A DNA stretch of 34,753 nt from positions 1-34,753 of the forward strand of contig DAOOPK010000002.1 of assembly GCA_035388205.1 (NCBI GenBank), read 5' to 3'. Source of the DNA: Bacteroidales bacterium (GTDB lineage: Bacteria; Bacteroidota; Bacteroidia; Bacteroidales; ML635J-15). Under the pieces are notes generated by a model. The model was given only the letters and a program-made list of their open reading frames with translations, was not told the DNA's origin and ran no database searches. A program made the translations under genes and the position numbers. Positions 23,809 through 34,200 of the stretch are shown here, in pieces (position 1 is the stretch's first letter; each line of letters begins with the position of its first letter).

Positions 23809-24978
23809 TTACCTCAAATTTTTAAAGCCATTTTCTATTTCGAAGCTAATTTTTTCGAACACTTCCTCAAAACTACCAATACCGCTTATTTTAACCACTC
23901 CATGAAGTTCGTTGTATTTTTCGATAACGGGTACAGTTTTAATTTCATGATCTTGTAATCTTTGAACAATCTTGGCAGTGCTTGAGTCGTAAGGCATACA
24001 ATCTTTTGTTTTACTTCTTTCGTCAAGTCGGCGGATTAGTTCGAGTGTTGGGACTTCGATTTCTATAATTTTTGATAATGATGATCTGTGTTTTTTTAAT
24101 AATCCGTCAAGAATATAAGACTGAACCAAGGTACGTGGAAAGCCTTTAAAAATGAAACCTTTTACGCCCTTAGAGTATTCAAGTTTTTGTTCTATAAGTT
24201 TTACAACAATCTCATCAGGAATAAGCTGCCCGTTATTATATAAATCCTGAACCTGTTTGCCTATTTTGGATTGTTTTGAAATTTCTTCACCGAGCATCGG
24301 ACCTGTAGCTACATATTCAAGACCATATTTTTTGGAGATGGCTTTACCCTGTGAACCTCGCCCTGAACCCGGATAGCCGAACAAAACTATATTTAACAAA
24401 CGTTTGCTTAATTCTGTTTTAATGATTTTGTTTATTTTGCCTCTTACATTTTCAATTGTATCTATTCCCTTAATGTTAAAAAACACGCCCTTATCTTTAT
24501 AAAAATTCAATACCGGCAATGTTTTCTGATTGTATTCTTTCAACCTGTTACGGATAACCATTTCATTGTCATCCGAACGCCCTGAAGATTCTCCTCGTTT
24601 AAGTAAACGTCTCACGGATTCTTCTTCAGGAACTTCGAGGCTTATAAGACAATTTAAAGAAGTATTGAGTTTTATCATTAAGCCTTCGAGAATATATGCC
24701 TGAATATAAGTTCTGGGAAAACCATCAAATAAAAATCCGTTGACATTTGGATTGTCAGTTATTGTTTTTTCGATGATTTGAACGATTATTTCATCAGAAA
24801 CCAAACCCCCGGAGGCAATAATGCTTTGAGCTTCTTTCCCCAGTTTGGATTGTTCTTTTATTTCTTTACGTAATAAGTCGCCTGTTGAAATATAAAACAA
24901 GTTGTACTCTTTAATCAGAAATTCGGATTGAGTACCCTTACCGGCACCCGGAGGTCCAAACAATGCAATATTTAACAT
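23809..24978 (-). CDS. adk: Tandem (duplicated) adenylate kinase fusion; N-terminal half canonical, C-terminal half divergent
   Basis: 389 aa. Half 1 (aa 1-190) has GPPGAGKGT, STGDLLR, DGFPRT and a short LID RGESSGRSDDN. Half 2 (aa ~194-389) repeats the fold but has GYPGSGRGS, ATGPMLG and KGFPRT. Confidence 0.85.
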   Translation of the reverse strand: MLNIALFGPPGAGKGTQSEFLIKEYNLFYISTGDLLRKEIKEQSKLGKEAQSIIASGGLVSDEIIVQIIEKTITDNPNVNGFLFDGFPRTYIQAYILEGLMIKLNTSLNCLISLEVPEEESVRRLLKRGESSGRSDDNEMVIRNRLKEYNQKTLPVLNFYKDKGVFFNIKGIDTIENVRGKINKIIKTELSKRLLNIVLFGYPGSGRGSQGKAISKKYGLEYVATGPMLGEEISKQSKIGKQVQDLYNNGQLIPDEIVVKLIEQKLEYSKGVKGFIFKGFPRTLVQSYILDGLLKKHRSSLSKIIEIEVPTLELIRRLDERSKTKDCMPYDSSTAKIVQRLQDHEIKTVPVIEKYNELHGVVKISGIGSFEEVFEKISFEIENGFKNLR

Positions 24979-25059
24979 AATGGTGTCTAATTAATTATAA
25001 TATGCAAATTACAAAAATAAATTAGAACGATGAGGTTTTGTGTAAAATATTTGAAATAA

Positions 25060-26961
25060 TTAATAGGCTCTTTCGTTTTTTCGCTCATAAAAGTTTATGA
25101 ATGAAGTATTTGCAACTTTATTTCCACCGGCAGTAGGATAATTTCCAGTGAAATACCAGTCTCCGTGATTATCGGGGCAGGCTTTATGCAAATTTTCAAT
25201 ACTTTGAAATATTACTGCGACTTTAGCATTTATGCATTCATTTTTTATTATTGTTGCAACTTCTGAAGATATTTGTTCAGGAGTAAACTCTTTATAGAGA
25301 TTTCTGACATAATTCACAATGTCTTCTTTAGGAAGGTTTTGCTGAGATTTGCATTGTTTGTAAGTCTCATCAATGATTTTTTGTTTATTATTTTTCTTAA
25401 GCAAATCAATTGTAGCCTGAAATGCAACAAAATCACCAATCTTTGCCATATCAATGCCATAACAATCGGGATATCTTATCTGTGGGGCAGATGATACAAT
25501 AATTATTTTTTTAGGATGAAGTCTGTCTAATATTTTTAAAATGCTCTGTCTTAGTGTCGTGCCTCTTACTATGCTGTCATCAATAATTACAAGATTGTCT
25601 AGGTCTTTGATAATTGTGCCGTAAGTAATATCATAAACATGCTCTACCAGTTCGTTACGATCTTCATCCTGAGTTATAAAAGTACGCATTTTAGCGTCTT
25701 TAACTGCGATTTTTTCAACACGGGGTCTTAATTCCAACAATTTTTTCAATTCAGCATCGCGTAAATTTCCATTTTTCTTTTTTATTTCATCTTGTTTATA
25801 ATTATTCAGATGTGTTTCCAGACCTTTAAGCATTCCGTAAAATGCAGTCTCGGCAGTATTTGGAATAAAAGAAAAAACAGTATTTTCGAAATCGTAATCA
25901 ATTTCTTTTAAGATATCAGGAACTAACAATTCACCCAGTTTTTTTCTTTCGCTGTAAATGTCTTTATCTGTTCCACGGGAAAAATATATTCTTTCAAAAC
26001 TGCATGGGGATTTCTTCTCAGGCAGTCTTATCATTTGCTTGCTTATTTCTCCATTCTTTCTAACTATAATTGCAGCTCCGGGATCAACTTCTTTAACATC
26101 TTCGGTAAATACATTCAAGGTAGTTTGAATTACAGGTCTTTCGGAGGCAGCAACAAAGATTTCATCATCATAGTAGTAATATGCAGGTCTTATTCCCCAT
26201 GGGTCGCGGACAATAAAGCTGTCTCCGTGTCCCATCACTCCACCCATGACATAACCACCATCCCAATTTTGAGTTGACTCTCTTAATACTTTTGCAATAT
26301 CAATTTTTTTCTCTATCAATCCACTTATTTCACGATTTTTATAACCCTGATTTTTGTATTCTCTTAAAAGCTTTTGATTTTCCTCATCCATAAATAATCC
26401 TATCAATTCTAAAGCCGTTACCGTATCAGAATATTCTTTTGGATGTTGACCAAATTCGATTAGATATTTAAAAAGTTCATCAACATTCGTTAAATTGAAA
26501 TTTCCAGCAAGTGCAAGTGTTTTTGTTCTCCAGTTACTTGTTCTGAGTACAGGATGTACTAATTCAACATTGTTTTTTCCAAAAGTGCCATATCTTAAAT
26601 GCCCTAAGTATAATTCAGCTGCAAAATCAAGATTTTCTTTAGCCCATTGTGGGTCGTCAATTTTATCAGGATTCTTCTTAATGAGATTGTCAAGTTCGTA
26701 ATAAATTTCGTTAAAGCAATTTATAATTGGTGTTGATGAGGCCGACCTTTTCCGGCTCATATATTTCAATCCTGGGGGCATATCAATTTTTAGACTTAAT
26801 ATTCCTGCACCATCCTGACCACGATTGTGTTGTTTTTCCATCAATAAATACAATTTATTGATTCCATATCTCCATGTTCCGTATTTTTTCTGATAATATG
26901 ATAATGGTTTTAATAACCTTAAAATTGCTATTCCGCATTCATGTTTAATCTGGTCGCTCAT
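25060..26961 (-). CDS. purF: Amidophosphoribosyltransferase (long Bacteroidota type)
   Basis: N-terminal Ntn-amidotransferase Cys (MSDQIKHECGIAIL). PRTase motif NLVIIDDSIVRGTT. 633 aa. Confidence 0.92.
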   Translation of the reverse strand: MSDQIKHECGIAILRLLKPLSYYQKKYGTWRYGINKLYLLMEKQHNRGQDGAGILSLKIDMPPGLKYMSRKRSASSTPIINCFNEIYYELDNLIKKNPDKIDDPQWAKENLDFAAELYLGHLRYGTFGKNNVELVHPVLRTSNWRTKTLALAGNFNLTNVDELFKYLIEFGQHPKEYSDTVTALELIGLFMDEENQKLLREYKNQGYKNREISGLIEKKIDIAKVLRESTQNWDGGYVMGGVMGHGDSFIVRDPWGIRPAYYYYDDEIFVAASERPVIQTTLNVFTEDVKEVDPGAAIIVRKNGEISKQMIRLPEKKSPCSFERIYFSRGTDKDIYSERKKLGELLVPDILKEIDYDFENTVFSFIPNTAETAFYGMLKGLETHLNNYKQDEIKKKNGNLRDAELKKLLELRPRVEKIAVKDAKMRTFITQDEDRNELVEHVYDITYGTIIKDLDNLVIIDDSIVRGTTLRQSILKILDRLHPKKIIIVSSAPQIRYPDCYGIDMAKIGDFVAFQATIDLLKKNNKQKIIDETYKQCKSQQNLPKEDIVNYVRNLYKEFTPEQISSEVATIIKNECINAKVAVIFQSIENLHKACPDNHGDWYFTGNYPTAGGNKVANTSFINFYERKNERAY

Positions 26962-27175
26962 ATAAAATGTCTAATTATAAGATAGTTACAAGTCTTTTGA
27001 CTGTCCGGACAAATCTATATTTTTTTAAGGATACTTTAATGATATTTTTTTGAAAGAATTTAACAAAATTTCAAAACCTGTTATCAACACTATTTTGTTG
27101 TGTTTATAAATATTTGTAAAGAACTTTAATTTAGCATCAATATTAATTTTGTTAATTTACAGAAATATAATTTCG

Positions 27176-28297
27176 ATGAGCGGTTTGTATATTCATATTC
27201 CTTTTTGTAAAAGCAAATGCAGCTATTGTGATTTTTATTCCATTGCAAACAATTCATTTATACCGAATTATCTAAAAATGCTGTTGAGGGAAATTGAATT
27301 AAGAAAGAATGAAATTGATAATAAAACAATTGAAACAATATATTTTGGAGGAGGGACTCCATCAATTTTACGAGTTGCTGTAGTTAATGCAATCATCGAA
27401 CAAATAATAAAATATTATAAAATATCGGGAAGTGCTGAAATAAGTTTTGAGGCTAATCCCGAAGACCTAAATAAATTATATCTGACAGAACTTAAAAAAA
27501 GCGGAATTAACAGATTGAGTATTGGCTTACAAAGTACAGATGATGAAACTTTGAAAATGATGAGAAGAAGGCATAATGTTGTTGAGGCAATTAATTCTGT
27601 ATATAATGCTTTTGAAACAGGTTTTGAAAATATTAGCGTGGACTTTATCTATGGTATCGAAGGCATATCTTATGAAAGCTTTGTGAATCAGTTGAGAAAA
27701 ATTGTAAATTTGCCTGTAAAACATATTTCAGCATATCATTTAAGTGTAGAAAAAGGAACATTGCTGTACAGAAGATTGAATGAGGGGAGATTTGCAATTA
27801 TGAACGAAACATCAAGCTACGATCAATATTGTAAATTGCTTGATATTACTTCCGAAAAGGGATTTTTTCAGTATGAAATTTCAAATTTTGCCAAAAATGG
27901 ATTTATTTCAAGGCATAACTCATCTTACTGGACAAGAAAAGAATATCTAGGGTTTGGTCCTTCGGCTCATTCTTTTGTTAAAAATGTCAGAACAAGTAAT
28001 TATGCTGATGTTACAGATTATATCAAAAGTATGAACAAAGGAGAATATTCCCAGAATACAGACTTATTGACTAGAGATGATATTATTAATGAAAGTATTA
28101 TGCTCGGATTAAGAACCGTAAAAGGGATAGATCTGATTCAGTTTCAGAATTTGTTTGGCCTGCAAGAATATAATAGTCTTTTGGAAAAGCTGAAAATAAT
28201 CAATAAGAAATCTTATGTAATTAGTAATGGGTTTCTGAAACTATCTAGAAATGGAATGTTTGTTTCGGATAATATAATATCAAAGCTTTTCAAATAG
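27176..28297 (+). CDS. hemW: Radical SAM heme chaperone HemW (HemN-like, oxygen-independent coproporphyrinogen oxidase family)
   Basis: MSGLYIHIPFCKSKCSYCDF carries the CxxxCxxC radical SAM motif. Also IYFGGGTPS and a HemN_C-like tail. The track start at 27149 is a TTG; the ATG at 27176 gives the usual N-terminus. Confidence 0.85.
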   Translation: MSGLYIHIPFCKSKCSYCDFYSIANNSFIPNYLKMLLREIELRKNEIDNKTIETIYFGGGTPSILRVAVVNAIIEQIIKYYKISGSAEISFEANPEDLNKLYLTELKKSGINRLSIGLQSTDDETLKMMRRRHNVVEAINSVYNAFETGFENISVDFIYGIEGISYESFVNQLRKIVNLPVKHISAYHLSVEKGTLLYRRLNEGRFAIMNETSSYDQYCKLLDITSEKGFFQYEISNFAKNGFISRHNSSYWTRKEYLGFGPSAHSFVKNVRTSNYADVTDYIKSMNKGEYSQNTDLLTRDDIINESIMLGLRTVKGIDLIQFQNLFGLQEYNSLLEKLKIINKKSYVISNGFLKLSRNGMFVSDNIISKLFK

Positions 28298-28306
28298 TTA
28301 AGGAAT

Positions 28307-29368
28307 CTAGTTATTAGAAATTTCTGTATTTTCAGAGTTTTCTGATTCGTCGTTCAACTCATTGGTAATTATAGGAAACAAAACTTCTGCAATTTGCTCA
28401 GCAATGATGTTATTTCCTTTTTTATTTAAATGACATTCATCTGTAAACGAATTTTCTTCATCAGCAATAGCAAATAACAAGTTTTTGTGATATTGCAAAT
28501 CCGACAAACTATCATTTAAGCAAAAATAAATACTTGCAAGTTGCTTTTCACGTTCATTTAACGGATTATCAACAAACTGTAAAGGCTGTAAGAAATGATA
28601 GTATTTTATTCCTTTGGCACGGCAAAAAGCTTCAATATCTTTTACTCTTTGAGAGTAGGTCAAGGCAATTATTTCTTTATTATCAGCCAATGAGGAATAT
28701 GAATTTCTATTGTGATGCGTATTGCGATAGAAAAAATCAAACAATCTTGAAATATTTGGAAACATTCCCAAAAAACGACCAGACAAAGAACGGGAATTTT
28801 CATTTTTACTAATTATTCTGAAATCTCGCCAATTATGAGGTGGCAATACATCAGGACAAGGATAAAAACGATTTATCTCTGTCGAGATGAGATCATTATA
28901 TCCATCAATTGAAATTATCATATCAGGTTCGTAGTACTGTAAAACAAGTTGTATAAGGATAAATTCCTGTTCGATCACATAAGCAGGCACTCCCGCATTA
29001 AGAACTTCGATATTTCTATCAGGAAAGCTATCTCTTAAAATTTTTTCAAAATTGGCAGATATTGTATTTTCAGGATCTAAGCCATAAACTACACTTCCAC
29101 CTGCAATAATAATTCTAAAAGTATTATCCGGTTTGTTTTTACTTCGAAAAATTTTTAGTCCGTCTTCATTCCTGTATCCCTTGCATTCTGTTAGTTTGAA
29201 ATATAAATACGGATAATCATGTGTTTCAGCATCAATTAATTTTCTATCTTTAATCTTGAAAAAAATACCAAGACTAATTTCAAGTAATAATAATGTTATA
29301 ACAGAAATTAGAGATACTTGTAGAAATATCCTACAAATGCTTTTAGCTCGATTGTTAAAATCTTTCAT
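28307..29368 (-). CDS. Membrane-anchored SGNH/GDSL-like hydrolase family protein
   Basis: N-terminal TM helix. Block I-like IIIAGGSVVYG and block V-like DECHLNKKGNNIIAEQIA (DxxH). Confidence 0.55.
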   Translation of the reverse strand: MKDFNNRAKSICRIFLQVSLISVITLLLLEISLGIFFKIKDRKLIDAETHDYPYLYFKLTECKGYRNEDGLKIFRSKNKPDNTFRIIIAGGSVVYGLDPENTISANFEKILRDSFPDRNIEVLNAGVPAYVIEQEFILIQLVLQYYEPDMIISIDGYNDLISTEINRFYPCPDVLPPHNWRDFRIISKNENSRSLSGRFLGMFPNISRLFDFFYRNTHHNRNSYSSLADNKEIIALTYSQRVKDIEAFCRAKGIKYYHFLQPLQFVDNPLNEREKQLASIYFCLNDSLSDLQYHKNLLFAIADEENSFTDECHLNKKGNNIIAEQIAEVLFPIITNELNDESENSENTEISNN

Positions 29369-29374
29369 TTAACA

Positions 29375-30598
29375 TTATTCCTGAGCAGGATTTTTGGCTT
29401 CTTCTTCAGGGGTCTCAGAGTTTTTTACATACAACATCCAATTCTGATTTCCACTACGCCAATGATATCCCAAAGAAAAATCCAGAGGTTTAACTTCTGA
29501 AGTTTTATAGGCTTCATCAAGGTCTTTTTGGAATAAATATGTTGACTGAAAATCCGAAATGGGTTTTTCATATATTCCAAAAAGATAATATGTCCAGTCA
29601 TCAACAAAGTATCTGAAAGGGATACCCGTATCGTCTTCTAGGACAGACCCAGAATTATTCAGTACCATATCCCTTATATTTGAAAATGTTTCATAATGAC
29701 TTAAATATGAAGCAGATTTGATAAATGTATTACATGTTCTTAAATTTTGTAAATATTGTAAGAATACAGGATTTTTTACGAAACCGTCATCAGAAATGTC
29801 TCCATAAAAATAAAACAGATTTTTCAGCTTCTTATCACCTTTTTTCTTAATTTTAAACCAAATACATTCTGATACTTCCAGAGAATTAGTTGGACTTTCA
29901 ATTTTAGTAAAACTTATTGCATCATTTTCAAGCCTGTAGTAGCCAAATTCATAAATTTCATGTCCGGTGCGATTTAAAAATACATAAAGCAAAGGCAAAA
30001 CCCCATCAACTTTTTGTTTACGCAGGTCCTGATCCATATTTCCAGTAATGAAATAGCTACGTTTGTAAATATCTCTTAAACCGAAATTTACTGCATCTAG
30101 ATATGACTCAAGGTCCTTTTCTGTCATAGAATACAAATCAGGAATAGTGCCTAATTTTTCCATTGCAACCAAAACATAATCATTTGCATTTGGGAATAAA
30201 TAAAACGCGTTGAGAAAATCAGGTCCTGAAAATGGGTAGAATAGCAAAGAGGTATCATTTATTTTTGTGCTGACCTCATTTTTTGTCCATTTATCCATTC
30301 TCGAAAGTCTTTCATCAGTAATTCTTTGCCATGGAGTGTCTATGGATGTTTTATAGTCATTCCAAAAAACCATTTTGTCAGTAAAAACATCTTTAAAAGC
30401 ATCGGCATTGTCTCCAGCCAATAATGCAGCTATTTGGTCCAAAGTTGTATCTTTCGGATAATTAATTTTATCAGATTCAACATTTACTGTATCATTATTT
30501 TTGTCAGACTTATTGTTTTTACCAGAATTACAGGAAAAGATAATTACATTTGTAGTTGTAAGAACAATAATTAAAATAAGAGATTTTATAAATTTCAT
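29375..30598 (-). CDS. Lipoprotein of unknown function
   Basis: 407-aa ORF. Signal peptide with IFSC lipobox, followed by a low-complexity N/K-rich linker. No family recognised. Lies 6 nt upstream of the SGNH-like gene. Confidence 0.6.
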   Translation of the reverse strand: MKFIKSLILIIVLTTTNVIIFSCNSGKNNKSDKNNDTVNVESDKINYPKDTTLDQIAALLAGDNADAFKDVFTDKMVFWNDYKTSIDTPWQRITDERLSRMDKWTKNEVSTKINDTSLLFYPFSGPDFLNAFYLFPNANDYVLVAMEKLGTIPDLYSMTEKDLESYLDAVNFGLRDIYKRSYFITGNMDQDLRKQKVDGVLPLLYVFLNRTGHEIYEFGYYRLENDAISFTKIESPTNSLEVSECIWFKIKKKGDKKLKNLFYFYGDISDDGFVKNPVFLQYLQNLRTCNTFIKSASYLSHYETFSNIRDMVLNNSGSVLEDDTGIPFRYFVDDWTYYLFGIYEKPISDFQSTYLFQKDLDEAYKTSEVKPLDFSLGYHWRSGNQNWMLYVKNSETPEEEAKNPAQE

Positions 30599-30753
30599 AA
30601 AATAATATTTAAAAAACGGTGTAAAAATACATTTTTTCTCCAGAAAGACAACCTAAATCTAATGTTTTCGTCAATAAAATGTTTTGTATTTAAAAAAATT
30701 GTATATTTACATTTTATAAAATAGGGCTATTTTATTAAAAGGAGGACATTTGA

Positions 30754-31293
30754 ATGAAAAGATTATTGACATTGTCTTTATTACTGTACGCAGTATTTTG
30801 TAGCGCACAGTTTCCCTCGGACTCAATAATTAAGAACTTCAGTTCTATTGAAGCTGATTTTACTTATAACGAGGAAGAAGTAGTATTAATTCCGGGGACA
30901 CATATTAAAATGCAACCACCGGAACATTTTCTTGTTAGTAAAGAAATTCCGGGATTGATTCACCCGGGAACATCTACCACAGTTCAAGTGCAGGAAATTA
31001 CCGGGACATCCTATGTTATGATTCAACAGGCAATGACCCCTGAACATTTTGAGAGCCAAGGGGTGAGTTTGATTACTTCTTACCCTGTTAAGATGCTTGA
31101 CGGTAAAACAGGAATCATTTATTTGGTTGAATTTATTGTTAATGGGTTTAATTATGAAAGAATAATGCTTTTTGCGGGTGATTATAATAATACTATCTGG
31201 ATTAATGCCAATTATCCAAAATCTGCAAAAGAATTATTACAAGATATTTTAATAAAGAGTTTATTAACAGCACAATATACTGATCAATTATGA
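30754..31293 (+). CDS. Small exported protein of unknown function, translationally coupled to the SprB-repeat gene
   Basis: 179 aa. Signal peptide MKRLLTLSLLLYAVFCSAQ. Unusually for this window it is preceded by a canonical AAGGAGG 8 nt upstream of the ATG. Its stop overlaps the next start (ATGA at 31290-31293). Confidence 0.6.
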   Translation: MKRLLTLSLLLYAVFCSAQFPSDSIIKNFSSIEADFTYNEEEVVLIPGTHIKMQPPEHFLVSKEIPGLIHPGTSTTVQVQEITGTSYVMIQQAMTPEHFESQGVSLITSYPVKMLDGKTGIIYLVEFIVNGFNYERIMLFAGDYNNTIWINANYPKSAKELLQDILIKSLLTAQYTDQL

Positions 31294-34200
31294 TAAAAAA
31301 GTTACTATTATTAGGCAGTTTTTTGGCTGTATTTGGGATTTCCGCTATGCAGTCGCAAAACATTCTTATACACGAAATACCCTATAGCACTCACCATCAG
31401 GACATGTGGGGTGCTGGCGATGCTTTCAGTCTTGATATGGATTATGATTTATTCAATATAGCAGTTCAAGATGGATTCTCTGAAGGATGGATAGAGGAAA
31501 TTCTCGGTTCTCAATGGGGTATAGGTGTTGAAATGAACATCTGGATGTTTTTAAGATCAACATTCAGTATTCATGGCTTCACTTTAGGCTCGGTTGATGT
31601 TGACTATCCGGTGGAAATTACTCTGGATTTTCCTGATGATTATACTTTTGATCATGGTGAAACAGTGCCTATTCATTCATCCTATGAAGTACTTGATGGC
31701 TGGGCTTTGGAAACACACTTTCCAACAGCCGGAGTTATTGCATTAGATTTGGAATACGGCTTCGGTTTGAATTTCGATATCATAGTCTGTATGGTAGATT
31801 GCGAAACAATTCCAATAATACCATCAATTAGCATACCTATAGATCCATATTCTACCGACCCCTTACCACACGATTCAATAGCAATTTTTTATCTTAACGG
31901 ACAAACAGGAGAAGTTGTATATCCATGTATTGATGAAGTTACTGGATTACCAATGATTTGCGAAGATGATGTCTTACCTATTGTTATTCCGGACTGGTTT
32001 GGAATTGGTTTAACAGGTGAAATTGATCTTCCCTATGTTGAAACTGAAGATTGGCTCGACCCCACCACACAATGTTTACATGCACATGGTAATGATGAAT
32101 GGTTGTGGTTTAACTTAAATATAATGCAGTTCCTTTCATTTATAGCAGGACTGATTCCGCCCCCTGAAGGTCCGGCCATACAGGAAGCAATCGACTTTTT
32201 AGATGGAGGAGTAATAGAATACGAAATTATTTCAGGTGTAACTGCAGTTATCGAGTACTTTATTCTTCATCTTGATCTACACATGTCAAGTTATATGACT
32301 CAGGATTTTGCATTTTGTCCGACTATTTGGGCAACTTTGGCATTTGAAACAGAGCTTGCATATACCGAAACAGATCCCGCCAATGGAAATGCTTTAATTG
32401 CTGAAGGTGTTTCAGATACAATAACATTTGCTATTAATAACGACCTGAATATTACTTACCCGTGTTATGAATGGGATTCGATGGAGGTTTATGATGTTAC
32501 TTATAATATTACTAGCGGATTTTCAAATCATACATGGGATTCAATTGCTTTCGATTTTATACTGGAAGCAATTTTCTTTCAGGTCACAATTCCAACGGGA
32601 GGCATTTTCCCTATAGCAGCAATGCCAGAATTTTGTCTTCCAGACATTCATATTGATAATGCTGATCTGGGGATGACACAAACCATAACTGCTTGTTCTC
32701 CTTCTTATCCTGTTCCTCAGGTGCTACTTGAAGATTACATGCCCGAAGAACAACAAAAGGGTGGGGAGTCCCAGACAAAAGACATTGAGTTCTGTTTCCC
32801 GACAAATTGCGAGCCTTTAATATCTGAAACGTTTCCATTAGGATATATTCCTCTTACATGGTATGATGAGGAATGGGATCTTCAAGGCTTTGTTCAGGAT
32901 ACTGTTTTCCCGGGTACATGGTTGTTCCCATTACCAGAACTAGATATTGATATTTCAGGACAGGATGTTGTTTGTTTCGGAGACACTTCCGGAGTTATTA
33001 CTGTGACAGCAATAAATAGTACAGGAGAGTTTACATTTGAATATTCATGGGGTTCTGTAAATACCCACATGGATCCGGTAGATAATATTACCGTGCCTTC
33101 AGGTTATTACTTTATCACTTTAACAGACGTATATGGTTGTCAGGTATTTGGTGAAATGAATATTGCAGATGACAACCCACCATTATTATCAAATTTGTAT
33201 GCAGATGATGTTTTGTGTGCTGGAGAACCTACGGGTAATCTTTATTCATACGTAAGCGGAGGAGTTCCCCCATATACATATAACTGGCAACCAAGCGGAA
33301 GCACAGATGCAAATCCTGTCGGAGTTTATGCCGGTTGGCATTATCTGACTATTACAGATGATGTAGGTTGTGAACACGAAGATTCAGTATTTATAGATGA
33401 ACCTGATGCCCCACTATCTCTGACAGCAGAAACAGGTATGGTATCTTGCTACGGCTACTCTGACGGATTTATTAATATAACTGCTGCGGGTGGTACCCCT
33501 CCTTATTATTATATTTGGTCTAATAGTATGCAGGTGCAGGATCAGATCAACATCCCCGCCGGCACTTATATAGTTACTGTTATTGATTCACACGAATGTG
33601 ATCTTGAAGAAACATTTGTTATTACGCAACCTGAGCCACTGGAATTAGCGACATATACTCAAGATGTTTTATGTTATGGCGAAAATACTGGAAGTATAGA
33701 TTTGGTTGTTACAGGAGGAACTCCGCCATATACATATGAATGGAGTAATGGTGCCGGGTCGCAGGATTTATGGGATATTTTTGCAGGCATTTATATTGTT
33801 ACGGTAACTGACGCACATAATTGTGTTAACTATACAATGGTTCAAATCGAACAGCCTGACTTACCGTTGCATGGCGATATTACTCCTACTCATGTCAGAT
33901 GTTTTGGCGAAGGAAACGGAATAGCCGATCTTAATGTTTTCGGAGGAACACCGCCATATTATTTCAGCTGGAGTAACGGAGAAATAAGCGAAGATATTTA
34001 TGATTTAATACCCGGGATTTATAGTGTTACCATAAACGATGCTCACGATTGTCTTGCTTATGATACAGTGCAGATTTTCCAACCTGATGCTCCAATGAAT
34101 GGTATGATCAGTGGTACTCATAATATGTGTAACGGAGACGAAAATGGAAATGTGTATATTACGGTCACTGGCGGAAGACCTCCATACAATTTTGAATGGT

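Noticed and set aside
23794-23810. Hairpin aattcaa-aga-ttgaatt overlapping the adk stop codon, followed by a short T-run on the minus strand; considered as a terminator.
   Set aside because: The stem is only 7 bp, contains a single G-C pair, and has a 3-nt loop. This is too weak to report as a feature in DNA where such inverted repeats arise by chance.
27149-27175. Track start (TTG at 27149) for the hemW ORF, adding MLIYRNIIS.
   Set aside because: The ATG at 27176 yields the usual HemW N-terminus directly preceding the HIPFC radical SAM motif. The TTG extension adds nothing conserved.
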